64,000 nucleotides of DNA, from positions 169,694,001-169,758,000 of the forward strand of contig JBITNC010000001.1 of the NCBI GenBank assembly GCA_050084985.1, in the 5' to 3' direction. The notes beneath the pieces are model-generated. The model was not told where the DNA came from. It was given only the letters and a program-made list of their open reading frames with translations, and did not search any database. Every line of letters begins with the position of its first letter. The first letter of the stretch is position 1. Source of the DNA: Nageia nagi. Lineage: Eukaryota > Plantae > Pinophyta. A program made the translations under genes and the position numbers. Positions 11,002-23,945 of the stretch are shown here, piece by piece.

Positions 11002-12722
11002 GAGACCATTTTGCTGCATGCATTGAATATGTATTACGGTTTTCCCCTGTTGTGCAAGTTGAACGGCTTGTTGTTTCTCAACAAGTAATGGAACAAATAG
11101 ACATTGATGGCAGACATTCATTTTGTCAAAAAGACGGACTGAGGTCTGAAAGGAACATATGGCAACCTGTTTCTCAGCAATCAGAAAATCTTGAAACTTC
11201 ATTAAATAGTACTGATTTATCAGAGCTGAATATTTTGCAAATGAGTGAAGGTGATCTCAATATGGCACTAATGGTAGATATAGAGGATGATGATGCTGGG
11301 TATCGTGGAGATCACTGTCAAAATCAAAGACAGCAAAATAAATTGATTAAGAAAAGGAACAAATTGAAATCTAGGAAAACTTTGGTACGAACGATTGGCG
11401 AGTTTGATTTTTTGTTTCAGCATCATGATATTAATCACTGTGCTCCTAAATCTACAACCAGTTGCAAACTATATGCAGGTGGCTTTGAGAGTATAACCCA
11501 AGATTTGTCTGAATCAGACTTTCCATACAAGGATGTCTTTGTGAAAGTACAGCACTGGGAAGCTTCAGTTAAGTTTCTGTTGTATGCAGGTCCTTGGGAG
11601 GCATTTGGTTTTGAAACGCCAGAAAGTGCCACATGGGAAGCAAAAAGGGTTGATCATTCTCTGGAGGAAAGTAATTTGTATGAGCATAACCATCAAGGTA
11701 GTCCTGATTCAACTATTGCAAACCCTTCTACTTTATCAGAATCTGCTTTTGAAAATAGCGAGTTTATTGGCTGTTTTCTTGGTCCACATGTAGGGGAGAC
11801 TCTCTATGACAGGAAATGTCGACTGCGAAATCAGCTTGCTCTCTCACAGAACCCATTAGCTGCTTCCTTTCTTCACAGGACTTACACTATTTCAGAATTA
11901 TCAGAGCAGGTTGAATTTACTGAGTGTTGTTCTGATGGGCTTGGTAGCAAAGGAGATGATTTAATGACGGTGGGTAATAAACCTGTCTTAGAGATTGTCC
12001 CTGGTGCAGTGTTGAAAGGTTTCTTGTTTTATGAGTGTAAGCTATGGGAGCTTTTGAGAAAATTGCAAAGAGGAAATAAAGCATTTTATTCCTATGACCT
12101 CTATTCTAGATTAACGCCAAACTCTTCAACCGATGATCAGGTCATGGATCCTAATCCCCTTTTCAAATCTCATTCTGAAAGGACATCTACTTTGTCCAAA
12201 ATGAATCATTGTTTTGAGTGCTATCATGTTAAATTAAAGCCAAATAGATCAATGCTCAATCCACATCATTGGATGGGGTGGTGGACTCATATTGATGAAT
12301 TTTCCAAGTTTGCAGGATTTGCTGCTTGTGAGAAAAGCAGGTGGTACATAGTTCCAAAGCAAGAATGGCTTTCACCTGTTATTATAAATGGGTCTGATTT
12401 GGATGGTTGTGCAAAGGTATTGACATTGGAAGAATTTTTGGCTGTGGCTGCCAAAGTTGGCGAGGAAGCTGCTTTGACAAGAATTCCTAGAAAGCGCTGT
12501 TTTATGGTTGCAGAAGTTCGCTGGGAAACTGATTTCACATATACACAGAGATCTGAAGGTCAATTTGAAGACAGCCACTGTTTGCCTTTGCACAGTTCTG
12601 GAGTTTGGGTTGAACAAAGCAGAGGATTTGTAGTTGAAGAAACATGGCCAGATAGCAGAGTGTACAGGCCGCACGGTTATCTGCCAAGCTGGTCACCTAT
12701 TTTGCAGCAAGGGTTTAAATAA
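11002..12722 (+). CDS. Terminal coding exon of DUF1853-family protein (predicted PD-(D/E)xK nuclease-like)
   Basis: Acceptor TTCCCAG| at 11001; open to TAA at 12722; ordered motifs RLGxxF, RTIGEFDFLF, HWEASVKF, FLGPHVGETL..R..RL..QL.LS, LKGFLFY, HWMGWW, RWYIVPKQEWLSP, SRGFVVEETWP. Confidence 0.88.
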
Positions 12723-15700
12723 AAAAAGCTTCAACCTCTAATGAATATATTAGAGTGTGCAGCTCAAGGCCCACTTCTGAGCATTCCTTTTACAAACATT
12801 GTATCTCAAAATTAAGCAAAACATATGCAATGATAATGGCAATTGACAACATTAACATCCTTTAGGTCATCTTGGTATATAGGGGCTGTTGAAGCTAACT
12901 CCAATAATTTGTACTTTATTATATTGTTTTCATGTATACTATAAACAGAACATAAATTTGTGCAACATCTATTCTCCTCCTGCCCAGGTTCCTTGGTGGT
13001 TTATCTTTTGATGTTTGTCTAATGTAAAGTTGAAAAGGTAAAAAATCCTTATCATTACAATCATACTCTATTACCTTATGGTCCCGTGCAGGGGGGCTTG
13101 TTGAAATTTCTTAACGGGTGCCACTCCACAATTTTAGGGATGTTTTAGCAGGTAAATGGTCGCTTGGAAGTATGTGTTTGCCACTGTTTGTTAATTTTTA
13201 AATGTAAATTATTTTTATTGAAATGTGGTAGAATCTTCATTAAGTGATCAAAAAGTTTTCAGTCCCCCCTACCCCTCCATCACCAGCTTGAAATTTTGAT
13301 TATTGCTTCACAATTATTGGAAAAATCTTATTTCAGCAGTAGCAACAGGTACTTAAATCTTGCATGAGACTAACTGCTACATAAAATTAGGAGTGGCAGC
13401 TTCCCTCGTCAGACCACTGTATTACAGCATATCTCTTATCCAGAAATCTAGTTTTCTATGGATCCATGTGTCTGACGTTGTTTGATTACAGTAGATTGAA
13501 GATTGGAATCCTACAACACTATTAATTCATGTTAGGGTAGCATTCTTTAATTCTAATCTCAGTTTTTTTAAATTTAGTAATCATGAGTCCTAATATCTTC
13601 GTGAATGGTTAAGATAAATGCTTAATGGTTATTTGCTATCAGCTTTTGAATGTGAAAGCAAAGGCAATGATTTATTAGCTCGAACCCTCAAAGTGCTGAC
13701 ATCTTCATTGTTCTTTAAAAGTTAAAACACAAGGACATGTTCATCGGAGAAGTGACAGAGAGGTACTTATGGATAGGTCATGGTGAATAATGTACATGAT
13801 TGAAGTTTAACAAAAGCCATGGTGAATGCTATAACATGACAATTTTATTACGAGTCTTATTTTTGTTAAAAAAAATCATTTAAATAGTAAATACATAAAT
13901 GATATATATTTATCATTGAATTTAAAGGATGTTAAAGCATCATGCATTCATTGATTGTGTTTTTGGTGAGAAAGGATAATATATATATTTGACAGCTGAA
14001 AGGCATGTGATTTTCCAAATATGTGAAGTCATGTAGGAAACATACCTGACAGTTGCCTATAGTACGTAAAACATCCACTTTATAATATAAAGGTCATTTT
14101 TCAGGCATATTTGAGTCGGTACATTTATTTAGCATATACAAGTTCTTTTTATTTTGCCTAATAGATTTTAAATTTATACTAAATAAATTTTTGTTCTTCG
14201 ATTAAGCTTGTAGAAAATCAAGAACTTGTCAATTCATCTTAGCCTAATTTCTCAATTATTTTAAAAATATTATTTTACAAATCATCATGCTTAAAAGAGT
14301 ATGAAATCAGACAGTACTGGTAACAACAAAATGTAATATGTAATGGACTTGATTTTCACCCGATGTATCTATGTCATGTTATTAATAATTAGCAGATTTA
14401 AGTTATGGAATAGCTGGACTGAGAACAAAGTCCTGATGAGATCTAGGTGTGTAACATAGATAAAACATTTTGCTTCATATCAAAAAGAAATTTTGGCAAT
14501 GCAAATTCAAATCGACATCAAACCTTGGAAAATGAAAATGGAAGTTGTACATCAAATATAAAATTACACAGTACACACTTTTACTGTAACTTATATATCA
14601 CGATGTCAATTAATTTCTTTAACAAGGTTTAAATATAGGAAGGACTAAATTTAGTTAATATATATGAAGTGATATTTCTCCCTTTTGACTGAGGCACACA
14701 TGCATAATCTTTACCTTCTATATAGTTGATTTCCTTTTAATGTGAACTTTCATTTACATCAAAGCAGGTTTTTGGTTAATCCTACAATGATAAGGAGATC
14801 CATTTCATCAAAGTCACTTAAGGATTGATTGAGATCTATTTTGTTGCAATCATAAGGATTGAATAAGATCCATTCCATCAAAGTGGCCTAATAATTGAAG
14901 TCTTATGGCACCCATGATAGATCAAACCATTGTGGACTCTGATTGAGCTATTGATATTCATTAGTTGAACATTGCTCTATGGGTTATATGAAATTAAAAT
15001 TACACTCATTAATATGTCAAGTGTATGACAAAAATTAACTTCGAGGAAATCAAGGCTAACAAGAGTTAGTACCATTAGTTTATACTAGGCATTGGATAAT
15101 GCAATGAATAAATAATAAATTACAATAATAAATATAATGGATTCGAAATTGAAATAAAATGAGAAGTGTTAGAGACATGTAGTTGATATGATGATGGGTG
15201 AACCTTGTCTGCCAAACTTGTGAAATATTGATGTAATGGATTGAAAATTGTTTCAAAGGTTTTCATGTTGAACTATAAACATATCCTTTGGTGGTTGATC
15301 TACAATATTATCCTCAAAATGATCGTTACATTATAGTAAATGTATAAATCTACTTATGTGATCAATAGTTTCTCAATATAAATCTATTTGTTACATGAAT
15401 ATTATTTTCTCAATACATTTGCTTGTTGTAGTGGTTCATTTATTTGTTATTTACTTGCAATGGTTCATATATTTCCTATTTACAGGCAATAAATCATGTA
15501 AGTTCTAGAATTCTAATTTAGCCTTACATATTTCATATAAAGAAAATCATTTAATTATTTAGATAGATAGATAGCTGCCCTTTAAGATCCAATTAAATCT
15601 ATTTGTTTGTAGGACCTATCAAAGTTTGTCTAAAAGTAAAATATATATCGATTAAATATTTGAATGGTTGTTTCTCATATAATGAAAACATTGAACAATG

Positions 15701-16201
15701 CAACTCAACCAAGGACTAATTTTGTTCAAAACTAGATTGCAAGCATTTTCAAGTAGTGTGCAAAATTAGTTAAAAAATTTGGGAATGGCTAATGAATAAT
15801 TGATAAAAGTTTACTATAGCATAAACAAACATATAACTTTCACACTGTGCACACATCAAATCGAAGAAGTTAACACTTTTTTATTACTCATTTCTAATAA
15901 TAAGAATAACACAAGCAAATGAATTTTTCAACTCACACTCACACCAACTTATGAATATAATATGGGTATATGATGGGAATGCCATTTCATGTCTTTCCTT
16001 TCAGTTACAAGAATCTTCCTAATTTTCCTAACAAAGAATATTGAATAACTACTATTATAAATCATGTACATCTTCCAAAGGATGAGACAAATGACATGTG
16101 GACACTACAAGAATAGTGGTTAAGCTTATCTTTAGTTAGCAACATTCTTCAACAAATTATGCCTCACATAATTATCCATACATCTCTCACTTACAACCTC
16201 A

Positions 16202-16273
16202 TGCAACATTCATCTCTTTGTTCTCCCCCACCTACCCTTGCAACATTCCTCTCTTTGCTCTCCCCCACCTACC
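16202..16273. repeat. 37-bp tandem duplication
   Basis: TGCAACATTC(A/C)TCTCTTTG(T/C)TCTCCCCCACCTACC twice. Confidence 0.8.
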
Positions 16274-18158
16274 TTTATTGCATCCATCATGATAGCCCCT
16301 ACCACATCACCATCCACCTTTATCCTTCGTCTGCTCATTCTATCTTTATCAAACCCCTTTATCTACATTCATGCTAGCTTTAAAGCTCGGTCTCCCTTAC
16401 TTTGCTTTACTACCCCCACCACTTTGGACCCATACCAACCATTTTCAAATGCACTTTTTTGCCATGTCCACCAGCTCTAGGCATTATAGAAAATAAAATA
16501 TCGAAGTATTAGAACTATCAACCAACACCTCTACATGCCATGTATGCAAATTTTTTTCTGCTTAAAAAATAAAAATAGAATCAAGGATACTTATTCACTT
16601 GAACTCAAAAGCATGGAAGCCTATTGTATGAAATAAGATACAGTGGAAGATCTATGATCATCACACACTTATTAACTATTCAACATTTTCTTGAACTATT
16701 TGCACTTGCATTCTATTTACATGATAACTTGTTTTGACATTAGGGAATTGAAGAGTTCTAACCACAACATCAAGGAAGTGGATAATACATAAGCAAATAA
16801 CAAATATATAGAGGATATACTTACATCCATGTTAGTAGTATAAAGGAACAATAGAGATGAAAAGAAAAAGGATAGTATGAATATGTTAGTTATCTCTATC
16901 ATGTTTGGTATATATCTTTTGCAAAGCATAATGTAGGACCATGTTGTATTTTTTGTTTAAATTCTAGCTTGGCCAAGGTTAAGGTTCTTCTTTGATATTC
17001 GATCTTGGTCAAATGAGTTATTAGCTTTGATTTTTGAGACAACATATATTTTAAACAATGAATTATTGTCATGCAAAAGACTTCTAGAAATGAAAAACCA
17101 TCGACTACGATAATGTCTACATTGTTGATTTGTTATTCCTCAACCTTTGAGTTTTTCTTATTCATGAGTTTATAATTTATTTTATGAGTTTTATACATTT
17201 GTTTGTATCATGGTCTTTTTACTTTATGATAGTTGTAAAACTTAATTTCTATAAACCAAGTAGGTTTATCACAAAAATCTTGGCATTGAGTAGTTGGTGG
17301 GTCTATTATAGAGTTCTTTAGAGGACATTCATAAATTTATTTGGTTATTCTTGAAATCCTTTTTTCTTCTTATTTCTAATATATCTATTGATAATGCTAC
17401 AAGGCTGAACAACATTGCACTTTTTGTAAAATTGTTCTTAAAATTAGACTTTATAAAATTATTTTGAAAATTACCTTTTTGTCCTACAAACTAATAAGTT
17501 TAAAAATATGTTAAAAGACTTGTCTATTTATCTATTTATAAGACGAGCAATTCAAATCCAAGCTTTCAATCAAAACACTTCAAAATATATAACATCATAA
17601 TAAATCATAAACAAAGATTTATTCATGACATGCTTAGTATGATATCTCAAAGGAGTAATTAGATTTCTAGCAAATATTTTTTAACATTATAATTAGGTAA
17701 TTAATGTTTCATTCTGAGCCATATTATTTAAATCTAACTGGAGTTCTCTTTTTGTTTAATTAAAATAACAATACTAACATTCTCAAGAATATTTACTTTG
17801 AAATGGTTTACATATATATTGACAAAGGTTGAAAAACATGGAATAAAAAATATTGGTTATTATTAAGAACCATTCAACGGAATAATGAATAAGATCATAG
17901 AAAAATAATTTATTTTATAATATCTCTTGTTGCATGATTGTGAGATAAGATTATTTGAAATATTTAATACTTCTCAGAACTTCCTCTCCTCCAAAAAGTT
18001 GAAGTTTCACAATCATGAGGCAAGGCATGATATATGATGCAAAATCTCAAGAGATAAAGGAGTACTCATAAAGGTATCATAGTTATGATGGTGATATTTT
18101 AACTTCTTAAGAATGCTATGCAAATTCTATTCCAATTAGGTCATTTGCAAGTCATACT

Positions 18159-18671
18159 TGAGAAGTATAGTCTACTTTCATTTATTCAAAATGAAATATG
18201 TACATCAATATATAGTTTTGAACTAACCTTAGAATAGACTAAAGTGGTTGAGTTGGATAATCTCAACACATAATACAATCCAATCCATAAAACAACAATC
18301 TAACTAGAATAGATGTTTAAATCCTATCTAAGACACACCAAATATAGTAGACGAATCATAGATAACTCATAGAAGAGTATAATTTAAGATAGTTGGTCAA
18401 ACTTGACCAAAATGAACTAAAATTGGAAAATGCAGTCAAAACTTGCCTCTGTTATGGAACACAGTTGTGTTTGGGAAATGTGGTAATGTTTCGGTTGTGA
18501 TGCATTCAAATTGAAATGCAATTGCGTTTTGGCTAAAACGTAACGGTGTTTTTGTTGAAATGTGGCTACACTTATGATGAAATGCGAGTAAGGTTGCATT
18601 TATGAACAAAATATAGGAAAACTTGATTTTGAGGTCTGATTTTGGTCTTTGATGATGCCAAGTTTCCAACA
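18159..18671 (-). repeat. 3' LTR of element A (513 bp)
   Basis: Direct repeat of 47030-47541; adjacent to G-rich PPT on the minus strand. Confidence 0.9.
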
Positions 18672-19128
18672 TTCCCCCCCTTGATACTGAAGGAACTCTT
18701 CCAGGAGTTTAGAAGCATCACAAACTTGGAAGAAACTAAACAATTTTTGTTTCCTCCAATCTTTCAACAAAAAATGAGAAAAGACAAAAATTTTATATTG
18801 GCACTCCTTACACTTTTTGTGTGGGATCTCCTCCAACTATAATGCTACTCCTTCTTGCTGATAACTAAGTGCCTCCTTTTAATGATCAATTCCCCCTTCA
18901 TCAAAAGTCTTCTCAAATGTGGTTTTCAATAACCACTTTCTCTCTTCTTCATAATGGATTTTAAACCATTCTTGCAAGTGCTCCTTTTTTATATCATTAC
19001 ATTTCCATACTTCCCATGAGTGTGCGCTAGGATTGATCATCTCACATAAATGATTGTACATCACAACACTCTCAACAACTTCTACATACAATATTACATA
19101 ATACATGGCCATGAAATAGCCTACTACA

Positions 19129-21450
19129 TGATATGGAATTAGAATCTAAAATGCATTTCATTACAAACAGAATCCTATAAATAGGCAATATTACAATGAA
19201 TACCATGGTATTGGATGCATGGTATTGAGAACACGATATTATACGATAACTATAATTATTAGAAGAACTAAATAAATGCTTCTAAGCATTATTTTATCTT
19301 AGATACGTAATTAAAAATATTATTTATTATTCCTTATCATTCCTCCCAACAACAAGAGCTTTGATCCCCAAAGCATGGGAGGAGGGGGTGAGAAGAAAAC
19401 CCAAATGACGAAGATACAAAGTGGTTGATGTCGATGCCATTTCCAAAGCTGAAAGAAGAAGCAGTGCAAGAGAGTTAAAACAATGACCAATATAATTGTT
19501 GGAATATCAACTATGACTCTTTACTCCTCAAGAGTAACCATACATAAGTCCAAGGAACAATGGACCATGGTAGAATGGAACTACAAATCCAAGTGAAAGA
19601 GTACCCTATGCATATGCTATGTAATATCCAATGAACAATGACGATAGTTGCAAAAAGAATCCCAATAATTAATTTAATTCCTGGAAGAAACAATAGAACA
19701 TTGCAAGAATCTTTGAAGCATGGAAGCATCAAAATAATGTGAAGACCAAGTATCTTGAAAAGGGAGCCCATCTACCAAAGGAAGGATGCAAAGAGAGTCC
19801 CTTAACCTGAAAGTAAGGCATGACCTTTTCTTTGATGATGGTATTAGGGTAGAAGGAAGAGCTCAAAAGTGGAAGACCAATGCTTCATATGGATCCAAAA
19901 TCGAACTTTGAATGACAAAGATACAACCTTATGAAAATTTCATTAATTAATGAAAAATAATTAACGAAAGAAATCCACCATAAAAAATTGGTGGTCACAC
20001 AAAGCATAAAGAGGCAATCTATTCCATGCAACCACTCGTTACGAAGCTCTTGAAGTGATGAAGGCAACTAAATAGATGACATGTTAAATAAAGGTTTGAA
20101 GAAGAAGTTATGATAAAAACTAGTTCAAAATTGAAAATTACTCAAATAATTGCAATTTTGATTTGACCATCATGCAAGTGGATGCCAACAAATCATAAGT
20201 CAACATAAAAAAAAGAGGTCTAACCACATGAATGGAGAATGAATTGCCAAGTGGCAATTAGAAGATGAATATGAACATCCAAGATTGTAGATCTTAAACT
20301 TTCATACATAGTAAAGATGATAGTTTGGGAGCATAATTTTGAATCTTGGGATGCACTTGTCTCATTCCTTGGAAACAAATTCTATCCTCTAAATTATAGG
20401 CATGATCTTCAAGCTCAATGGATCTGCCTACATCAAGTGTCTGAACAATCAATGTAAGACTTCATCAGTCAATTCAATCGCTTGAGAATTCTACTACAAC
20501 AACAAGATTCCATAGAGGATCTTATCCTCAAGTTCAAATATGGATTGATTGCACCTCTCTATCATAAGGTAAAATTTTAGGAAGTGAATACACTTGATGT
20601 TGATTTTAGTCAAGCATTGCTTGCTAAGGAGGAAATCAATGCTTTCAAACCTCCTTTGAAGAAGGATAATTCTTCTTCTTCTTGCAATTCTTCTTCTAAG
20701 TCTTACAATTCTTCTTCATTCAAACCAACTAATGGTTCACAAAATCATTCCAAGAATGGTTCTAATTCTTCTTCTTATTTTGAAGCTCTTTATTATGCAT
20801 ATTGTAAATGCAAAGGGCATGAAAATGATTATTGTTCTAAGAAAAAAATAAATATCTTGTTGTAACAACTGATGAAGGAGCATCAAATGACCTCATTAAT
20901 TCTAGTGGTGAAGATAAGACTTATGAGGAATTGCATGATTACCTCAATAATGTCACATTGATGCACCACACTATCTCTCCATACAATCTTGATAATTTAT
21001 TTTTCACTAGAGCCCATCTCACACATAAATTTCATGTGGATTGTATAATCGATAATGGCTCATAGAAGAATCTCATTGCAAGATCCCTCATCGAAAAATT
21101 GAAGCTGATCTTGAGCCGTATCTTCATCCATATTCACTTGGATGGAAGTATAATGGTTCCACCTTAAAGATCATACACACTTGCATTGTGTCTTATGCTT
21201 TGGGTCTCTATTTTGTAGATGAATTCACTTCACATGATGTGACCATGATGGATTGTTATGGACTTGTTTTGGGTAAGCCATTTCAATATGATAAAAAAGC
21301 CTATTATGATACATTCAATAACACATGGTATTGAGAACAAGGTATTACAAGATATCCATAATTATTAAAGGATATTAAATAAATGCTTCTAAGTACTATT
21401 TTATCCTAGATACCTAGTTAACAATATGTGTTACTTGGGAATATAACTCA
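19129..21450 (-). mobile_element. Element F: rearranged Gypsy-derived insertion inside A
   Basis: Short LTR 19129-19339 with PPT GTTGGGAGGAA on the minus strand; about 105 bp of it repeated at 21323-21430; right boundary and TSD uncertain. Confidence 0.5.
20320..21322 (+). pseudogene. Decayed Gypsy gag (capsid, zinc knuckle) and aspartic protease fragment
   Basis: SWDALVSFLGNKFYP, KFKYGL, YCKCKGHENDYC, CIIDNGS*KNLI, HPYSLGW, LVLGKPFQYD. Confidence 0.8.
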
Positions 21451-21704
21451 CACAAAATATTAGACTTTATAGTAGTAATATATGCTTTCCACTTCAAGGA
21501 AGAAACATCATACAAGTGTCCTAAGTACTAATCCAACAATGTCTTCTCACAAGGAAGACTATTCTCCAAAGGTATCTTTGTAAGGCAAGTCTCAAATCTT
21601 GCATTGCTTACCAATGATGTCTTGATAAGATATTCTCCATCATATATTAAAATAACAACCTTAAACTCATTTATAAAATATCTACTCAAAAATACTGAAC
21701 TATG

Positions 21705-23536
21705 TGTGACATTGAGAGGGGGTAAATAAGTGTGAATTAAAACTTTAACCAACTATAAAAATCCAACAATCAACCACACACACAAAAGCATGCATCACAT
21801 AACACAAGATTTATAGTGGAAACCTGATGTGGGTAATACCACTGTCCCAATGGATTGCTTGGGCTCCCACCCAAATCCAGTCAAAAATAAAATAGATGGA
21901 CTTTTACAAATTTCTGTAGCATCCACTATGAGAATGGCACCAACTAACCAAATATTTTGCAGCACCCATTGCTTGGAGCTCTGACCTTGATTGCCAACCA
22001 CCCACTCGGCAAGATCTCCAAGCTATACCAAAAATGAGTCCAATTCCTAAATACCTTGAATGGTCTTACTCAACTTTAATATCTTCTCACATTGACTATC
22101 TCAATCCCATTACACTCCAACAATCTGAAAGCTGATTCTTTGCACATAATAAAAACTTTTTCCACAAGCTCAAAAAAACCCTTCAAAATAAAATTGCAAA
22201 TTTGTACCACAAGATGAAATTTTTAGGTCTCAATAATGTATCCCTTGGAATACATAACAAAATTATAGATCTTTGAATTCTACATGCTTTGGAAAATGAA
22301 CAGGTGAAACAGAGTCACAGATCAAAAGTTATGGCCAAAATCGTGAGACACCCTTCATTATCTCTTTTTCACTCTTTACTTGAGAAAAAAACCACTTTTT
22401 TTTTAACTCCTTATAAAGATCTTTTCTTCTTAAAAAAAAAGTAACTGACTCTTGCACTTCTCTTAAAGAAAAATAAAACACCTCTATATTCTCTTTAAGA
22501 AACTCAATAAGTTTGTCGACCATTTCTATTTACATGTATACCTCCTAAATGTTGTTATTTTGTTGTGTGACTTAATTTTAATAAAGATGATTTTTCTACA
22601 AACCATGCCATATGATAACATATATTCATATTTTTTCAATAATGTAAAATATGCCAAACCATCACATTTTAAAGACATTTTGTCAAACACTTCACGGCTA
22701 AAGTATGAACACCTTGCACAAACTCATACCTTGGGACCTTAGATTGAGATGGTTAAAAAAGCAAAGTTGCTCATATTGATGATCTTATCATTAATAAATC
22801 ATCAAATTTTGAATTTTGCGACCAAACATGAAATATTTTACCGTTTTCCTACCAACTATACAAAATTGATAAAGTATCTTTTTACAATACATGCCATTTC
22901 TTTCTCAAATGTTCGTTTCACATGAAATTTGAATTGTATGCACATATTAGTACTAGATATGTATAATTAAAATTTTATGGTATAAATATTCATGGTTTTA
23001 TTAATATTCCACTTTCAAAGTGGCATTTGGTGCCAATTTTATGACTATCATACCAACAATGCAAATGATTGATCCAAACACTAAGATGACACCTCAAACA
23101 CCATGCTAGCCTATTTCCACACATGCTAACACATTCCACATTGATCCATCCTGCCCAAACACACATTGAAGTGAAATTCACTTGTTCCAACAAAATTGTT
23201 AAGAAGTCTAAAATGGTACTGAAATCCATTTGACACTAAATCAACACTGCAACTTCATTTCCAATTGATAAATAAGGCTCCAAATGATATGTTGGGCTAT
23301 CCAACATAGTCCATTGGCACATATGCACAACATTTGTAACTTTTACAACTTTTACATTTTTTTTATAACTTCTGCATATTTTTCACAACTTTTGTAATTT
23401 TTGTAGATTTGCACAAATTACTTGCACCAAATTTAACCAAGCATCAAACACATCCTCAACATAACTGCACATCTCTATCCATGCTCTAAATATTGTATCA
23501 TGACACCAACTAGGTCCCATTGAGGTGTTGACAACA
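21705..23536 (-). mobile_element. Element G: solo LTR (about 1.8 kb), Copia SIRE-like terminus
   Basis: TG...CA ends; GAGAGGGGGTAAATAAG motif near the left end; TSD CTATG/CTTTG (4/5). Confidence 0.6.
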
Positions 23537-23945
23537 CTTTGCTCAACAAAAAAAAACATAAACAAACAAATAATCAAGCAAGTAATGTTGAGTAGGATCC
23601 TATATACCTTCATTTTAATCTTCCATGAAGACATGTTATTGTACAGTTTATATTGTTGATCTTGAGGCAACCATTAACTCTTCAATAAGAGTTATCCTTC
23701 TTGATGTAGCTTCCCACAATGTTGCCTCTTTAAGAAACCATCATTCTTTGTTTTTGTAGTCACTTTGTGTGAGTGATCTCCATCTTCCTCAATTGATATT
23801 TTCATAGTCATGATAACTTGAAAATCATTAATCTTTACATTCTTTATCTCATTTGTTATCTCATTTTCCATCCCCCAAATGATATAGTCTTCTTTAAACT
23901 TTACTCTTGATAAGTGATCTTCATCGTTGAGCATGAAGCTAATAT

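Noticed and set aside
11052-12722. Stand-alone bacterial-style gene starting at GTG 11052, or bacterial contamination
   Set aside because: The frame is open upstream to a splice acceptor at 11001, the RLG motif is split by a GT-AG intron, and the flanks are plant repeats
12900-18150. Short ORFs of 60-80 aa in the AT-rich spacer
   Set aside because: No motifs or splice-consistent structure; expected by chance
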